Shown piece after piece: positions 1 to 9,076 of a DNA stretch of 64,000 bases. Each line of letters starts with the position of its first letter. The first letter of the stretch is position 1. Source of the DNA: a virus; IMG/VR virus record IMGVR_UViG_3300050821_018577, positions 32,001 through 96,000 of that record, one strand, 5' to 3'. Under the pieces are notes generated by a model. That model worked only from the letters and a program-made list of their open reading frames with translations, searched no databases and had not been told where the DNA came from. The translations under genes and the position numbers were made by a program.

Positions 1-151
1 GTTCCCGCTCCGGTGTCATGGCTTCCAGTTTATCGCGCATTACAGAAAATCCTTTCTATCAGCCAGAATATCAGGCCGACTCCAAACCCAAGCCATGCTG
101 CAAATAGCTGCGTGTCACGGAAGCGGGCCGCTGGCTCCTTGGGATGGGCTT

Positions 152-469
152 TCATGGCGCTGCCTTCTTGTAATCGACTATTTCCACCTCACATCTCTCC
201 GACCGAGAGGTGCAGTAAAAATTAACTATGATTAAGTCGCCGTCAGGAACTGGCTCAGCAAGTGAGCATGTGACCGTTATTTGATGGACGAACGAACACC
301 ACATGTACTGGTTCAGATTTTGCGTCGAAGGTGGTGGAAGTTTTGGATTGGGAATTGTAGCCAGAACCTCATAATATTCGTACGGAGGAATGACCGGAAT
401 CGCTCGCCAAACAAGCCATGAGCCAGTAACAATCACCACAAGCAACAATAGATTGACCGCGACCCTCAT
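152..469 (-). CDS. hypothetical membrane-anchored protein
   Basis: ORF 152..562; ATG at 469 (MRVAVNLLLLVVIV) gives an N-terminal hydrophobic helix and abuts the HNH stop. Confidence 0.5.
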   Translation of the reverse strand: MRVAVNLLLLVVIVTGSWLVWRAIPVIPPYEYYEVLATIPNPKLPPPSTQNLNQYMWCSFVHQITVTCSLAEPVPDGDLIIVNFYCTSRSERCEVEIVDYKKAAP

Positions 470-470
470 T

Positions 471-749
471 TCACTTCCTCCCGTTTCCCGCCCCGCTGCC
501 CGCGGACCATCTGACTTTACGCGGGTCTTTCTCGGCGTGGTGTGGTCCGCAAAGATGGACAAGGTTTTCGATCCTATCGTCGCGCCTCGGCCAGCGTTTG
601 TTTATGTGATGCGGATCGCGGGCTGGCATGGAGCAGCGATATAAGGCTTCCTGCTCTCCATCCTCAATCCGCGGCATCAACTCCTCGCATCGCCCGCCTG
701 AGCGTTTGGCCAGTTCCTCCACCCTGCGCTTCCAGTCCTTCCGAAACAA
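471..749 (-). CDS. HNH endonuclease-like protein
   Basis: C..DPHHI...DDRIENLVHLCGPHH motif; frame is open up to 833 without a clear start. Confidence 0.6.
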   Translation of the reverse strand: MFRKDWKRRVEELAKRSGGRCEELMPRIEDGEQEALYRCSMPARDPHHINKRWPRRDDRIENLVHLCGPHHAEKDPRKVRWSAGSGAGNGRK

Positions 750-1522
750 GACCTCGGAGCCATCAACTCGTACATACGTCTTACGGTCGGTGTACCCACG
801 CCGGCGCTTCTCGTCAGGATCGCGGAATAGATTTCAGGTAGGCCCGCCTCACCTAATTCACCGAGCACGGCATCGACCAGTGCGCGCCAGGTGTTTTTAC
901 GTGCCACTCCGCCAGCAAGTATCTCTTTCGCAAATCCGGCCATCCGGTCGACCTGTACGGCTTGGTCGTATAAGGCGAAGCCTACCATGTCTCGGCGATG
1001 ATTCTTTTCAAAGAGCACGAACATGAGCGGCAGACGCAAACGAGGAAACAGGCGCCGCGGAATTATCTCCGCGCGCATCGACCAGTGGGCCCGCCAGCGT
1101 TCCACCGTGTTGTGTGTCTGCATCGCATAGGCCGGCAACAGCAGCCCGCATGTCCGGCAATCCGCCAGGTGCGTGATGCGCTGCAGGAACGCGCCGATAG
1201 TGCGTACGGCGAACGGGGGATTGCCCACCGCCGCGGTAATGCCCTCGGGTAGCTCCACGGACCTAAAATCGCCAGTAATGACCTTTCGTCCTGTGTTCTG
1301 CCGACAAGCTTCGGCGACGTCAGGGTCGAGCTCTACGCCAATAGCCGGGATCTCCCCTGGAATAGCCTTCAAAAACGCTCCCAGCCCGCAGGAAGGCTCA
1401 AGAACCAGGTCTGAGGCAGAGAGATGCGGGAAGAACTTTTCGACCAGTTCAATCGCCGCCCATTCGGGGGTCCAATACTGGTACTGCGCCGCGTTCAAGC
1501 GTTGGTCGAAATGAAGCTGCAT
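677..1522 (-). CDS. N6-adenine (amino) DNA methyltransferase
   Basis: motif I VLEPSCGLGAF and motif IV GNPPF; C-terminal tail looks aberrant. Confidence 0.85.
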   Translation of the reverse strand: MQLHFDQRLNAAQYQYWTPEWAAIELVEKFFPHLSASDLVLEPSCGLGAFLKAIPGEIPAIGVELDPDVAEACRQNTGRKVITGDFRSVELPEGITAAVGNPPFAVRTIGAFLQRITHLADCRTCGLLLPAYAMQTHNTVERWRAHWSMRAEIIPRRLFPRLRLPLMFVLFEKNHRRDMVGFALYDQAVQVDRMAGFAKEILAGGVARKNTWRALVDAVLGELGEAGLPEIYSAILTRSAGVGTPTVRRMYELMAPRSCFGRTGSAGWRNWPNAQAGDARS

Positions 1523-1753
1523 TCACCAGGGCCTCGGCTTGAACATCATGTCCCACGCCCAATCCTGCGTGTACGGACAGAACGGGCAAATCCAACCATT
1601 CTCGGTCGCTACCAGCTTGCCTTCACCGTCCAGATGGTGCTCATCGGTGCGATTGCCGCTCCCGCAGGTGAACGGGTGCATCCAGCCTTCTTCCTGGAAG
1701 CGATTGAGCCCCTCAACTTGTTCCTTGGTCCAGGGCGCTTCGATTTTATTCAT
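1523..1753 (-). CDS. hypothetical phage protein (HPFTC/CPFC)
   Basis: operon-packed ORF with Cys/His motifs. Confidence 0.7.
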   Translation of the reverse strand: MNKIEAPWTKEQVEGLNRFQEEGWMHPFTCGSGNRTDEHHLDGEGKLVATENGWICPFCPYTQDWAWDMMFKPRPW

Positions 1754-1953
1754 GCTTTTGGCATCAACTTCCGGTCGTCCACAGCGATAAGTTCTCCGAA
1801 GCCGGTTGTTGGATCGACTTCGTATTCCATCTTGTGTTCATAGCCGAGGAATTTGGCCGCTTTCAACGCCTCGCCGGTCAAGCCGGCCTTTTCCGCTTCG
1901 TCGTAGGACTGCTCTTTTGAGGAATGGACGTAGATTGTGATTCGCATTGTCAA
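1750..1953 (-). CDS. hypothetical protein
   Basis: 4-bp overlaps with both neighbours. Confidence 0.6.
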   Translation of the reverse strand: MTMRITIYVHSSKEQSYDEAEKAGLTGEALKAAKFLGYEHKMEYEVDPTTGFGELIAVDDRKLMPKA

Positions 1954-2183
1954 TCCGCAGCTTTCCTGTTTGGAGTCTTGCGCATGTCAAGCGCGTGCTC
2001 CAAAGCGTCGCGTAATTTGTCATCCGGAGCCGTTTCGATGTTCAGGTAAATCCAAAACGCCACGGTTGCCGCGGCCGTGCGGTCGTGGCCGACAAGCACA
2101 AACGTTTGCTCGCCGGCTTTTTCCGCATTGCCCAACAATCGCTTGGCTTCCGCCAGATGGTCACCACGTTCGACTTGACTCAT
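1950..2183 (-). CDS. hypothetical protein
   Basis: ATG at 2183 (MSQVERG) with GGAGG upstream, coupled to the previous stop. Confidence 0.65.
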   Translation of the reverse strand: MSQVERGDHLAEAKRLLGNAEKAGEQTFVLVGHDRTAAATVAFWIYLNIETAPDDKLRDALEHALDMRKTPNRKAAD

Positions 2184-2599
2184 TAAACCTCCAAAATTCT
2201 CCGCATCATTGCCTGCGCTTCTTTTACGGTCATCCATTTTTCAGGTTTGCACCCGAAAGGACATCGCATATTTGGGTCGTCAATCATCCCCCACGTCCTG
2301 CACACGAACGGACGGTGTTCATAGACGCGGCATTTGCCGCTCGGATAGAGCATCGAACAATTTAGCGTTCCCGGCATCGGCGCAGTGGCCACCAATTTCT
2401 TTTTGGGCATCCATTGCCATCGGCGGTCCAATTGAACCGCATCTATCGAAGAAAGATTGAACACCGCTCCGGTCTTTTCGATTTGCACGTACTCGATACG
2501 CGGGATCAGTAGCGGCCCGCAGGATTCTTGGCACTTCCGCTTGCACTCCATCTTGGGCAGTTCGGCGTAAATTGCCTGCAATTGCTCGGCGGCTGTCAT
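2183..2599 (-). CDS. YkgJ-like Cys-cluster (Zn/Fe-chelating) protein
   Basis: CKRKCQESC ... CSMLYPSGKCRVYEHRPFVCR pattern. Confidence 0.8.
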   Translation of the reverse strand: MTAAEQLQAIYAELPKMECKRKCQESCGPLLIPRIEYVQIEKTGAVFNLSSIDAVQLDRRWQWMPKKKLVATAPMPGTLNCSMLYPSGKCRVYEHRPFVCRTWGMIDDPNMRCPFGCKPEKWMTVKEAQAMMRRILEV

Positions 2600-2976
2600 T
2601 CTGGTTCGACCACAATTACTTTGTTATCGCCAAACATTGCGCGGAGCTCTTCGACCGCATCGATATATGTCCAACGCTCTGGTGGTAACGGTGTGAGCGG
2701 CAACGTTTCCCCGTACCTTTTCTTCGCCAATTCAACAAACTTCGGCCAGTTTTTTCTGTTTATCTTGGAGTCGTCCCAATCGCGCAGTTGGGGAAGCTGC
2801 TCGAAAATCCACGGCTTTAGAATATCTTGAGCGCGCGGCAATTGATGCGTGTAAAGCTCATCGCCGGTTAGAAAGTTACAGATGTTGTAGACCTCGGTCA
2901 TCTCACAAAGCAGTTTATCGTGGCACACGCTGAGGACCACCACTGTCGGAAAGTATTTGACTTTGACTGTGCTCAT
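2596..2976 (-). CDS. hypothetical phage protein
   Basis: 126-aa ORF, 4-bp overlaps. Confidence 0.7.
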   Translation of the reverse strand: MSTVKVKYFPTVVVLSVCHDKLLCEMTEVYNICNFLTGDELYTHQLPRAQDILKPWIFEQLPQLRDWDDSKINRKNWPKFVELAKKRYGETLPLTPLPPERWTYIDAVEELRAMFGDNKVIVVEPE

Positions 2977-3269
2977 AGCCGGTTGGCGGCCTCTACTGCG
3001 GCGGCTATCTCTTTACAAAATTCTTCGATGAGGACCGGCTGGACCTTGAGTACGGCGGCCTTGAGGGCCACGGCCGCTTCCAGAACGGTTTTGAGCGCCT
3101 CTGGCTTTTTTGAGTAGATATAATTCCTGTAGAGTGTCGGGTCCACAATGACTGCGATGTCCTCGGCGTGTTGCAGGTTTTTCACCCACTCTTCAAGCGG
3201 CATGGCCGCAATGCCGTTGGCGTGCTCGAAAAGCTCTCTGGTCAATTCCGTGTAGTTAAGTTCCGCCAT
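2973..3269 (-). CDS. hypothetical protein
   Basis: 98-aa ORF in operon. Confidence 0.7.
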   Translation of the reverse strand: MAELNYTELTRELFEHANGIAAMPLEEWVKNLQHAEDIAVIVDPTLYRNYIYSKKPEALKTVLEAAVALKAAVLKVQPVLIEEFCKEIAAAVEAANRL

Positions 3270-3873
3270 GTGCTTGTTCCTCCAGGTCTTTCCTGTGGTG
3301 CTCGTCCCAATATGCTGGGCTGATTGGGCGATTAGCCTTCATATGGTCAAATTCTTCAAGACGACCCTGGGCTCGAGCCTTTTCCAAGTCTGCGAAAGTG
3401 ATGGCATTGTCCATCAGTTCCTGGTTTGTCTTTTGCAAATTCTCTACGGCCCGGCAGATTTCACAATAGGGCGCGCCGCGGTCATCGCCAACTTCATTAG
3501 CGCCGCGGTGCCCACACGGCAATTTCTCTTCAAGGTATCGCAGTTGACTGGAAAAAAGTCTCCATTCCTCAGCGCGAATAAAAGCGAACTGGATGGCTAG
3601 CACATCCGGGAATTGCACGCTGGCCCACCAGACCTTCCCCGGCTCAGTGGTCGCTTCTCCAGTAATGCGCTTTTGGAACGCAATGGCTTTGTCTCTGTCG
3701 GAGACTGGCTGTTTGTCTTTTATTGTAAACTTCGGTCCATGGTAGCTGGCTCCGTGAATAGTATTCATCGTTTCACAGGCTAACCACCATTCCATGATTT
3801 GGCGCGCGGCGTCGCCCTCGGCAAACCGGATATCGCCGTCGTCGTACTCAATTTCGATACGGATCGCCTTCAT
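3256..3873 (-). CDS. hypothetical protein
   Basis: 205-aa ORF in operon. Confidence 0.65.
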   Translation of the reverse strand: MKAIRIEIEYDDGDIRFAEGDAARQIMEWWLACETMNTIHGASYHGPKFTIKDKQPVSDRDKAIAFQKRITGEATTEPGKVWWASVQFPDVLAIQFAFIRAEEWRLFSSQLRYLEEKLPCGHRGANEVGDDRGAPYCEICRAVENLQKTNQELMDNAITFADLEKARAQGRLEEFDHMKANRPISPAYWDEHHRKDLEEQAHGGT

Positions 3874-4289
3874 TTGCCCTTCTTTGGTTTACGTGCCCGA
3901 GACCGCGGCGGTTTATCGACGGTAAATGTGCCTTTGCGCACCAGGGCGGTATAGATTTCTACTACTTTAGCGTTGATGGCGGTCTGCGCCATGCGTTCGC
4001 TTGGCTGAGGCAAGCCTTTAGCAACGTGTTCCACGTACTGTTTTACGCTGGCATGCTCCTTTGACAGTCCAGTGATTCGCGTGAACTGGTCGTTTGCCCG
4101 TTTGGTCAACGTGTCGATACGCCGCTCGTGGTCTTCGCGGCGGAAATCGGTTGCCACTTGGTCTTTACGGAATTCAACTTTGAGCTCTCCTACCTCGCGG
4201 TTTAATCGGTTCGACCGGATATCTAGAATGATGTAGGCAACGAACAGCAACACAAAGAAAATTCCAAAACACCACAATGCTGGCGTCAT
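3870..4289 (-). CDS. membrane-anchored coiled-coil protein
   Basis: N-terminal TM helix followed by charged helical region. Confidence 0.65.
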   Translation of the reverse strand: MTPALWCFGIFFVLLFVAYIILDIRSNRLNREVGELKVEFRKDQVATDFRREDHERRIDTLTKRANDQFTRITGLSKEHASVKQYVEHVAKGLPQPSERMAQTAINAKVVEIYTALVRKGTFTVDKPPRSRARKPKKGK

Positions 4290-4300
4290 GGCACGCCCCC

Positions 4301-4903
4301 TTATTTACCTCTCGTGATTCCCGGTATCTTCATGCGGTCTTGATGCTCTACAGCGAAGGTGCGAAATCGGTCGAGCACGGCGTTGACCTGCTCGATGCGG
4401 TCCTCTGGCGTCCCAGCATCATACATGGCCTCGATATACGAACCGATGGCGTCGCACGAGGCATTGTCGCGACCACGCAAGATGAACAGCGGCTCATCAT
4501 CCGGTACGCGTTCGCCGTTGCTGGTCTTGACGAGGTAGCCTTCCGAATCGACGCTGAACATATCATTCAGCTTTCTCAATGCAGGAAGTATCGGCGGAAT
4601 GCGCTTGTCGGCATTGCCTTTGCCCAAACCAATCTCACATACGGAAACAATCTGCGTTCGCGGGTCAAGTGAACCACCGACGGCTGGATAGAGTCCGCCT
4701 ACAAAAAGATTCTCTAGGATTTCCAGGTCAGCGATGAATTTGTCTCCCTCTCTGCGTATCATTGCCTTTCCAACTGGATGTTGAAAATTTACGCTGACGC
4801 GAATCTGTTCGGCAATGGCTACGCGGTCCGCAAGAACTTTATCGCCATGCGCATCCTCTGTGCCGTCGGCGATTAGAACGAGCACGTCTTTGATGATTTT
4901 CAT
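4301..4903 (-). CDS. two-domain hypothetical protein; N-terminal half resembles a degenerate prohead-protease fold
   Basis: DAHGD..NFQHPVGK..YPAVGG..EIGL..NAD pattern; C-terminal PDDEPLFILRGRD domain. Confidence 0.6.
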   Translation of the reverse strand: MKIIKDVLVLIADGTEDAHGDKVLADRVAIAEQIRVSVNFQHPVGKAMIRREGDKFIADLEILENLFVGGLYPAVGGSLDPRTQIVSVCEIGLGKGNADKRIPPILPALRKLNDMFSVDSEGYLVKTSNGERVPDDEPLFILRGRDNASCDAIGSYIEAMYDAGTPEDRIEQVNAVLDRFRTFAVEHQDRMKIPGITRGK

Positions 4904-5169
4904 ATCTGAATTCTCCGCCCGCCAAGGAATTGCTCTGGCGCCTCTTGGATAGATGCTAGCTTCGAAAGCCGGTCATCAATAACCTTTTGGCGGTAAGTGA
5001 GCATTACAAATCGGTCATCAAACCTTGCGCTCATCTCGCAGAACTTCTCATCGATGCGACGGATCTCCTCATCGATGCGACGGCTATCCCTCTCGAAGAA
5101 CCAAGCCAGTGCGGAGACTATACATCCCGCACTGGTGATAGCTATAACTAAAAGCGTGAGGTCGTTCAT
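4900..5169 (-). CDS. TM/coiled-coil protein ending GGRRIQI
   Basis: ATG at 5169 overlaps the upstream TGA. Confidence 0.65.
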   Translation of the reverse strand: MNDLTLLVIAITSAGCIVSALAWFFERDSRRIDEEIRRIDEKFCEMSARFDDRFVMLTYRQKVIDDRLSKLASIQEAPEQFLGGRRIQI

Positions 5170-5510
5170 AGCTGAATTCTCCGTCTCGCGTCCAGCACCA
5201 GCGCCGGAACCCACAGGTCTCTCTCGAACACTCCCTTGGTTTCCTCGTAGATTTGCTTGAACTCCCGGTAGGCGCGCTCGTAGCAATCGCAGTAATGAGG
5301 GCCGCCTTCGATTGCGTCTAGAATACCTTCGCGCGGGCCGTCATGTTCGGTGACGCCATCTTTATTGCGCCAGGAACGCACTGCATCGAAATCGTGCGCA
5401 GCCGCGTGGATCTCAAAGGCACGATGCCATATTCGCTCAAACTTGCGCGATTCCTCTTCGCTTGGCAGCGGGAAGCCTTCCGGGAGATGCTCGCGAGGCG
5501 TTTTCAGCAT
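5166..5510 (-). CDS. hypothetical protein ending ARRRIQL
   Basis: 114-aa ORF in operon. Confidence 0.65.
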   Translation of the reverse strand: MLKTPREHLPEGFPLPSEEESRKFERIWHRAFEIHAAAHDFDAVRSWRNKDGVTEHDGPREGILDAIEGGPHYCDCYERAYREFKQIYEETKGVFERDLWVPALVLDARRRIQL

Positions 5511-5517
5511 GGGTCCG

Positions 5518-5721
5518 TCATGCGGCCATGCTCACAATCGGCATCTCCAGCAATTCGGCAAGAGGCACGGCGCCCACGCACAGCGAATTCGAGCAAAGAG
5601 TGTGGTCCAGGTCGAGCCAGGCACAGAATTCCTGGTGGTCCTCGTCCTCATAGCGGAGGACGCACGGATCTGTCTCGGTACAACCGCAAATTCTGCAGGT
5701 TCCAGGTGCGACGATTATCAT
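5518..5721 (-). CDS. small Cys-rich (CRICGCT..C) Zn-binding protein
   Basis: Cys motif; operon packing. Confidence 0.7.
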   Translation of the reverse strand: MIIVAPGTCRICGCTETDPCVLRYEDEDHQEFCAWLDLDHTLCSNSLCVGAVPLAELLEMPIVSMAA

Positions 5722-6479
5722 GCGGCGAGCTCCAATGTTGCAGTTGCAGTGATAATCTCGTTCGCAGTCACGACAATCTCATCCGGAGTTACGTTTGGAG
5801 TTACCGGCATTGCTTTTGTTTCATTTGCCGTCCGGATGAACTCAGTTTCGTTGCTTTCGAGTAGGAGCTTCTGCGCCAGCGCCACGTCGTCGCTGGGGAG
5901 TCCATGCTCCGAGGCCGGGTGAATGCAGAAGTAACTTTGAATTGTCTTGGTCTGCGGATCGAGCCGTTCGACGCGGCAGCCCGGACGTACTCGGTACAGC
6001 CGGCTATTCACTTGCAGGTCGAAGTGTTGTTCTTTTTCAAGCTGGTCGCGCTGCGCCTCGGTCAGTACCGACAGCAAGGCTTCGCGGGCCCGCTTGCGGC
6101 GAGCATCGTCCTTGGCCTTCTCGTCGCGCTGGCGCTGCTCACGTTCGAGGCGCTGCTCTTCGGTTTCCGGCGGGAAGTCCGTCGCTGCTACCGTGAAACT
6201 TGTAATGTAGTTGGTGATGTAATTTCCAATTCCAGCAGCGATGTTGTTTGGATAGGTGACTGTTTGCGTGACGGCTGTTTGGTAGACCCACTGGTCTGGA
6301 TAGATAACCGTGTTCGATGTAATCGAGCCTGTCTGATAGCCGTAGTAGGTCATGGCTTCCTCAAGGTGGCGAATTTTCTTTTCGTATTTGTCGTATTTGT
6401 CGTATTTGCAACCGTAGAGGTGCTTTTTCCACTTGCAGTAATCGGTGTCGTACCAGTCGGCGAATTTCATCGTCATCAT
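5718..6479 (-). CDS. conserved-type phage protein (FCIHP..LAQKLLLE..F..AN domain)
   Basis: 253-aa ORF; C-terminal globular domain. Confidence 0.7.
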   Translation of the reverse strand: MMTMKFADWYDTDYCKWKKHLYGCKYDKYDKYEKKIRHLEEAMTYYGYQTGSITSNTVIYPDQWVYQTAVTQTVTYPNNIAAGIGNYITNYITSFTVAATDFPPETEEQRLEREQRQRDEKAKDDARRKRAREALLSVLTEAQRDQLEKEQHFDLQVNSRLYRVRPGCRVERLDPQTKTIQSYFCIHPASEHGLPSDDVALAQKLLLESNETEFIRTANETKAMPVTPNVTPDEIVVTANEIITATATLELAA

Positions 6480-6839
6480 TCATTCCTGCGGCGGCCAGGC
6501 ATCAGGGTCGGACGGCACGTACATCTCTTGCGCTACAACCGTGGTGAGAGCTCGGTCACGGCCGCGCGCATGCACCTTGCGGTAATAGACGCGGCGCTTG
6601 TCCGACGGCAGCTTCTCTTTTTCATCTTCGAAGATGTGGAAGCCGGCAGTATAGTTGCTGCCTTTGGCGGTTCCACCCTCGGCGACAAGCCATTCATCAA
6701 GTGGCACCGACCGGGAACCTTTGAGAGTGAAATTCTCAAACTTCGGCTTGCCAAGGAGTCCGCTATCGAATCGTTTCCAGCCGCTTTGGATCAGCGTCGT
6801 CGGCTTGCCGATTTGTTCGCTAACAGTTGCTAGGCACAT
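6480..6839 (-). CDS. hypothetical protein
   Basis: 119-aa ORF abutting next gene. Confidence 0.65.
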   Translation of the reverse strand: MCLATVSEQIGKPTTLIQSGWKRFDSGLLGKPKFENFTLKGSRSVPLDEWLVAEGGTAKGSNYTAGFHIFEDEKEKLPSDKRRVYYRKVHARGRDRALTTVVAQEMYVPSDPDAWPPQE

Positions 6840-6991
6840 TCTTCACTCCTGGACTCCTTGAGTAATTTGGTTGCGGCCCTTACCAATTCAACGAAAGCAT
6901 CGTGACCTACCGGATGCCGACTGGCCATCTGACGCCTCACGACCGTAACAGCCTTTCTGAGCCGGTCGATTTGTTCTTTGGGCACGGTCAC
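6830..6991 (-). CDS. hypothetical protein
   Basis: ORF 6830..7036; likely GTG start at 6991. Confidence 0.45.
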   Translation of the reverse strand: MTVPKEQIDRLRKAVTVVRRQMASRHPVGHDAFVELVRAATKLLKESRSEECA

Positions 6992-7001
6992 GTTTAAAAT
7001 C

Positions 7002-7172
7002 TCACCAACCGGCGATGAATGCGTAACTAACAGCAACGAAATAAATGGAAACGAGAGCCGTCCAAAACTTCGGATGACGCGCCCAGATGTACAGGCCCAT
7101 CACGATTGCAAAGGTTTCCCAATCCGGACAGGCCTCTGCAATTATGCGCTCCTCTCGGGTCAGAAGCTGCAT
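7002..7172 (-). CDS. small membrane protein (56 aa, not in ORF track)
   Basis: manual translation MQLLTREERII...WTALVSIYFVAVSYAFIAGW*, starting 2 nt after the upstream stop. Confidence 0.55.
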   Translation of the reverse strand: MQLLTREERIIAEACPDWETFAIVMGLYIWARHPKFWTALVSIYFVAVSYAFIAGW

Positions 7173-7174
7173 GT

Positions 7175-7399
7175 TCATCCCCCGACAAATTGTGGCACGA
7201 GGATCAATCGTTCGGCCGTAGCATCGAAGGCGTCAATCTGCTCGCCTTGGTTGCCGGCGCGATTGACTCGGAAGGCGGCATAGCCTTTGCTTTTGAGGTC
7301 ATTAAAACGCGAGCGGGCAGCTTCCACTTCATCGTGATTCCCGCTCCGCCATTGGATCCTAGTATCGCCAGTTCTGTCCAACACCATCAGTTCGCTCAT
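7175..7399 (-). CDS. small protein with C-terminal Gly-Gly, candidate beta-grasp ubiquitin-like protein
   Basis: MSELMVLDRTGDTRIQW...RLILVPQFVGG*; SD GGGAG upstream. Confidence 0.65.
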   Translation of the reverse strand: MSELMVLDRTGDTRIQWRSGNHDEVEAARSRFNDLKSKGYAAFRVNRAGNQGEQIDAFDATAERLILVPQFVGG

Positions 7400-7435
7400 C
7401 GGTTTCTCCCTTTTCACATTAAATGTGCCCCATGG

Positions 7436-7681
7436 TCATGCAACTTTCCTCTGTCGAATGTCCTGTAGCCCGCGCGAGATTAGGGCTTCCATGAGCATCG
7501 CTGCATTACTACAGGCAAGGACGCCACCTTGTACGGCCTCTACAAGCCCATTGTTTGACACGCGCCACCGTTCGCCGCTCCAGGTAAAGCGCACTTCGGC
7601 TCCGTGAATGTCAATATCCCGAATCCGGTCAGGATACGGCAGCGTAGCAAGCGCAGCTTCCAATAATTCAGTGGCGGTCAT
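7436..7681 (-). CDS. hypothetical protein
   Basis: 81-aa ORF. Confidence 0.6.
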   Translation of the reverse strand: MTATELLEAALATLPYPDRIRDIDIHGAEVRFTWSGERWRVSNNGLVEAVQGGVLACSNAAMLMEALISRGLQDIRQRKVA

Positions 7682-7693
7682 AACGTAAACTTT

Positions 7694-7942
7694 TTAAGCT
7701 GCTGCAAATTCTGGAAGGATGAGCGACCATGCCCACCGGCCAGCTCGGTAAAACGCTCGCATCGCACTACGGAAGCCGGCGACCGCCACGATGATGAGCA
7801 CGACAAAAATCCAGACGCAAGGTTCGGTTGCGCTCACGTGCTCTGACATCGGGCATCGCGATTCGACGAGCATTACAAAAGGAAAACTGAAAACAGAATA
7901 GATGAACCATCCGGTGAGTGTGAACAGAATTTTCTTTGGCAT
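7694..7942 (-). CDS. two-TM membrane protein
   Basis: two hydrophobic helices; SD AGGAG. Confidence 0.6.
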   Translation of the reverse strand: MPKKILFTLTGWFIYSVFSFPFVMLVESRCPMSEHVSATEPCVWIFVVLIIVAVAGFRSAMRAFYRAGRWAWSLILPEFAAA

Positions 7943-7969
7943 CCGATATCTCCTGCTTACTGGCCCAAG

Positions 7970-8030
7970 AGTCTAAGTAAACTCTCAGCGGATTGCAAGT
8001 ATTTTCTTACACTCTAAGTTGTGTTAAAAT
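7970..8030. promoter_or_regulatory. divergent sigma70-type promoters
   Basis: minus: TTGCAA(7993-98)-17-TAGACT; plus: TGnTAAAAT at 8022-8030 ending 6 nt before ATG 8037. Confidence 0.55.
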
Positions 8031-8036
8031 CCCGCC

Positions 8037-8252
8037 ATGCAAACGAATAGGCAGATGCAAATGCATAGCCGGTCCATCGGCAAGATGGAGGAGATGTTGG
8101 AGCGTATGCACGCCGCGCTCGAGGACGGCAAGGCCATGAGGATCGTCTGCCTTGACGCCCAACACGCAGCGAATCTTCGTGCTCGTTGGTTGAAGCAATA
8201 TCCGAAGGACAAAATTCCAGTGTTCACCATTCTACGGTCAGAGCAAGAATGA
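8037..8252 (+). CDS. hypothetical protein (possibly leaderless mRNA)
   Basis: ATG 6 nt downstream of the -10 box. Confidence 0.6.
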   Translation: MQTNRQMQMHSRSIGKMEEMLERMHAALEDGKAMRIVCLDAQHAANLRARWLKQYPKDKIPVFTILRSEQE

Positions 8253-8485
8253 ACGACCAAGAATTTGTTTTGGCAAAATATCCACGCGCTGAATGCTTTG
8301 GACCAGTCAACCTATATTGGCCCGGACAGGGCACGCGTAGAAAGTATATTGTCACATCCGCGCCACATATGAGCAGGACAGAAGGTGAAGGCGATACGCC
8401 AGCAGAAGCGTGGACCAATGCGGCAGTGAGAATCAAAGCGGTCGCGGCCGCTAAAAAGATTCTTCCTGGGAAGAACGATGGGTAG
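8249..8485 (+). CDS. hypothetical protein
   Basis: ATGA overlap at 8249. Confidence 0.6.
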   Translation: MNDQEFVLAKYPRAECFGPVNLYWPGQGTRRKYIVTSAPHMSRTEGEGDTPAEAWTNAAVRIKAVAAAKKILPGKNDG

Positions 8486-8870
8486 GCACGGACATGCTTC
8501 CATTCCGTTCGGCATCCACAAAGGCATCCGCGTACGCTTACTGCCCGACCCTTACCTGTCCTGGCTCACAACGACGTTCATTATGACTGCGCCAGAGTGG
8601 CGTTGGCTCAAGGACAGCGTCCTCAGTGAATTAAATTTCCGTGGACTGCGTTCCGATTTGGTCGACCTACATGTGAAGCCCGGCTGCCAGGCGGTGGTGC
8701 CGCCCTATTGGAATACGTTGCTGGAATGTACCAGCGAGACGTGCAACCGTCCGTTGCCGTGCACCATACATACGGTCGAGGAATCGGCGCAGACTAGGTT
8801 TGAGTTTGCGGAGGCCAAATTCCTACTGGAATCCAAGCGACGCATCCGTGTCGAAGGCGAGCGCACATGA
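8478..8870 (+). CDS. protein with N-terminal PFGxHKG..LP..YL.W (DUF3820/ExoX-C-like) module
   Basis: motif IPFGIHKGIRVRLLPDPYLSWL; C-terminal SKRRIRVE. Confidence 0.7.
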   Translation: MGRHGHASIPFGIHKGIRVRLLPDPYLSWLTTTFIMTAPEWRWLKDSVLSELNFRGLRSDLVDLHVKPGCQAVVPPYWNTLLECTSETCNRPLPCTIHTVEESAQTRFEFAEAKFLLESKRRIRVEGERT

Positions 8871-9076
8871 ACAGGGATTGCAACGGAGATTACTGGCCAA
8901 CCTTGCGGCTTTATCGGTGCCTGCGCGATGGGTCTCTCATCAAAGCCAACGCCCGGCCAATGGAATGTGACAATTGTAAGCGGCGCGTGTCGGCGACGGT
9001 CCATCCAAAGACTGAGATGCGAACAATCAAACAGCTCAAGCACCCAACATTCGGATGGCTGGATATCATCCCGTGA
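8867..9076 (+). CDS. small Cys-containing protein
   Basis: ATGA overlap; CDNC motif. Confidence 0.55.
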   Translation: MNRDCNGDYWPTLRLYRCLRDGSLIKANARPMECDNCKRRVSATVHPKTEMRTIKQLKHPTFGWLDIIP

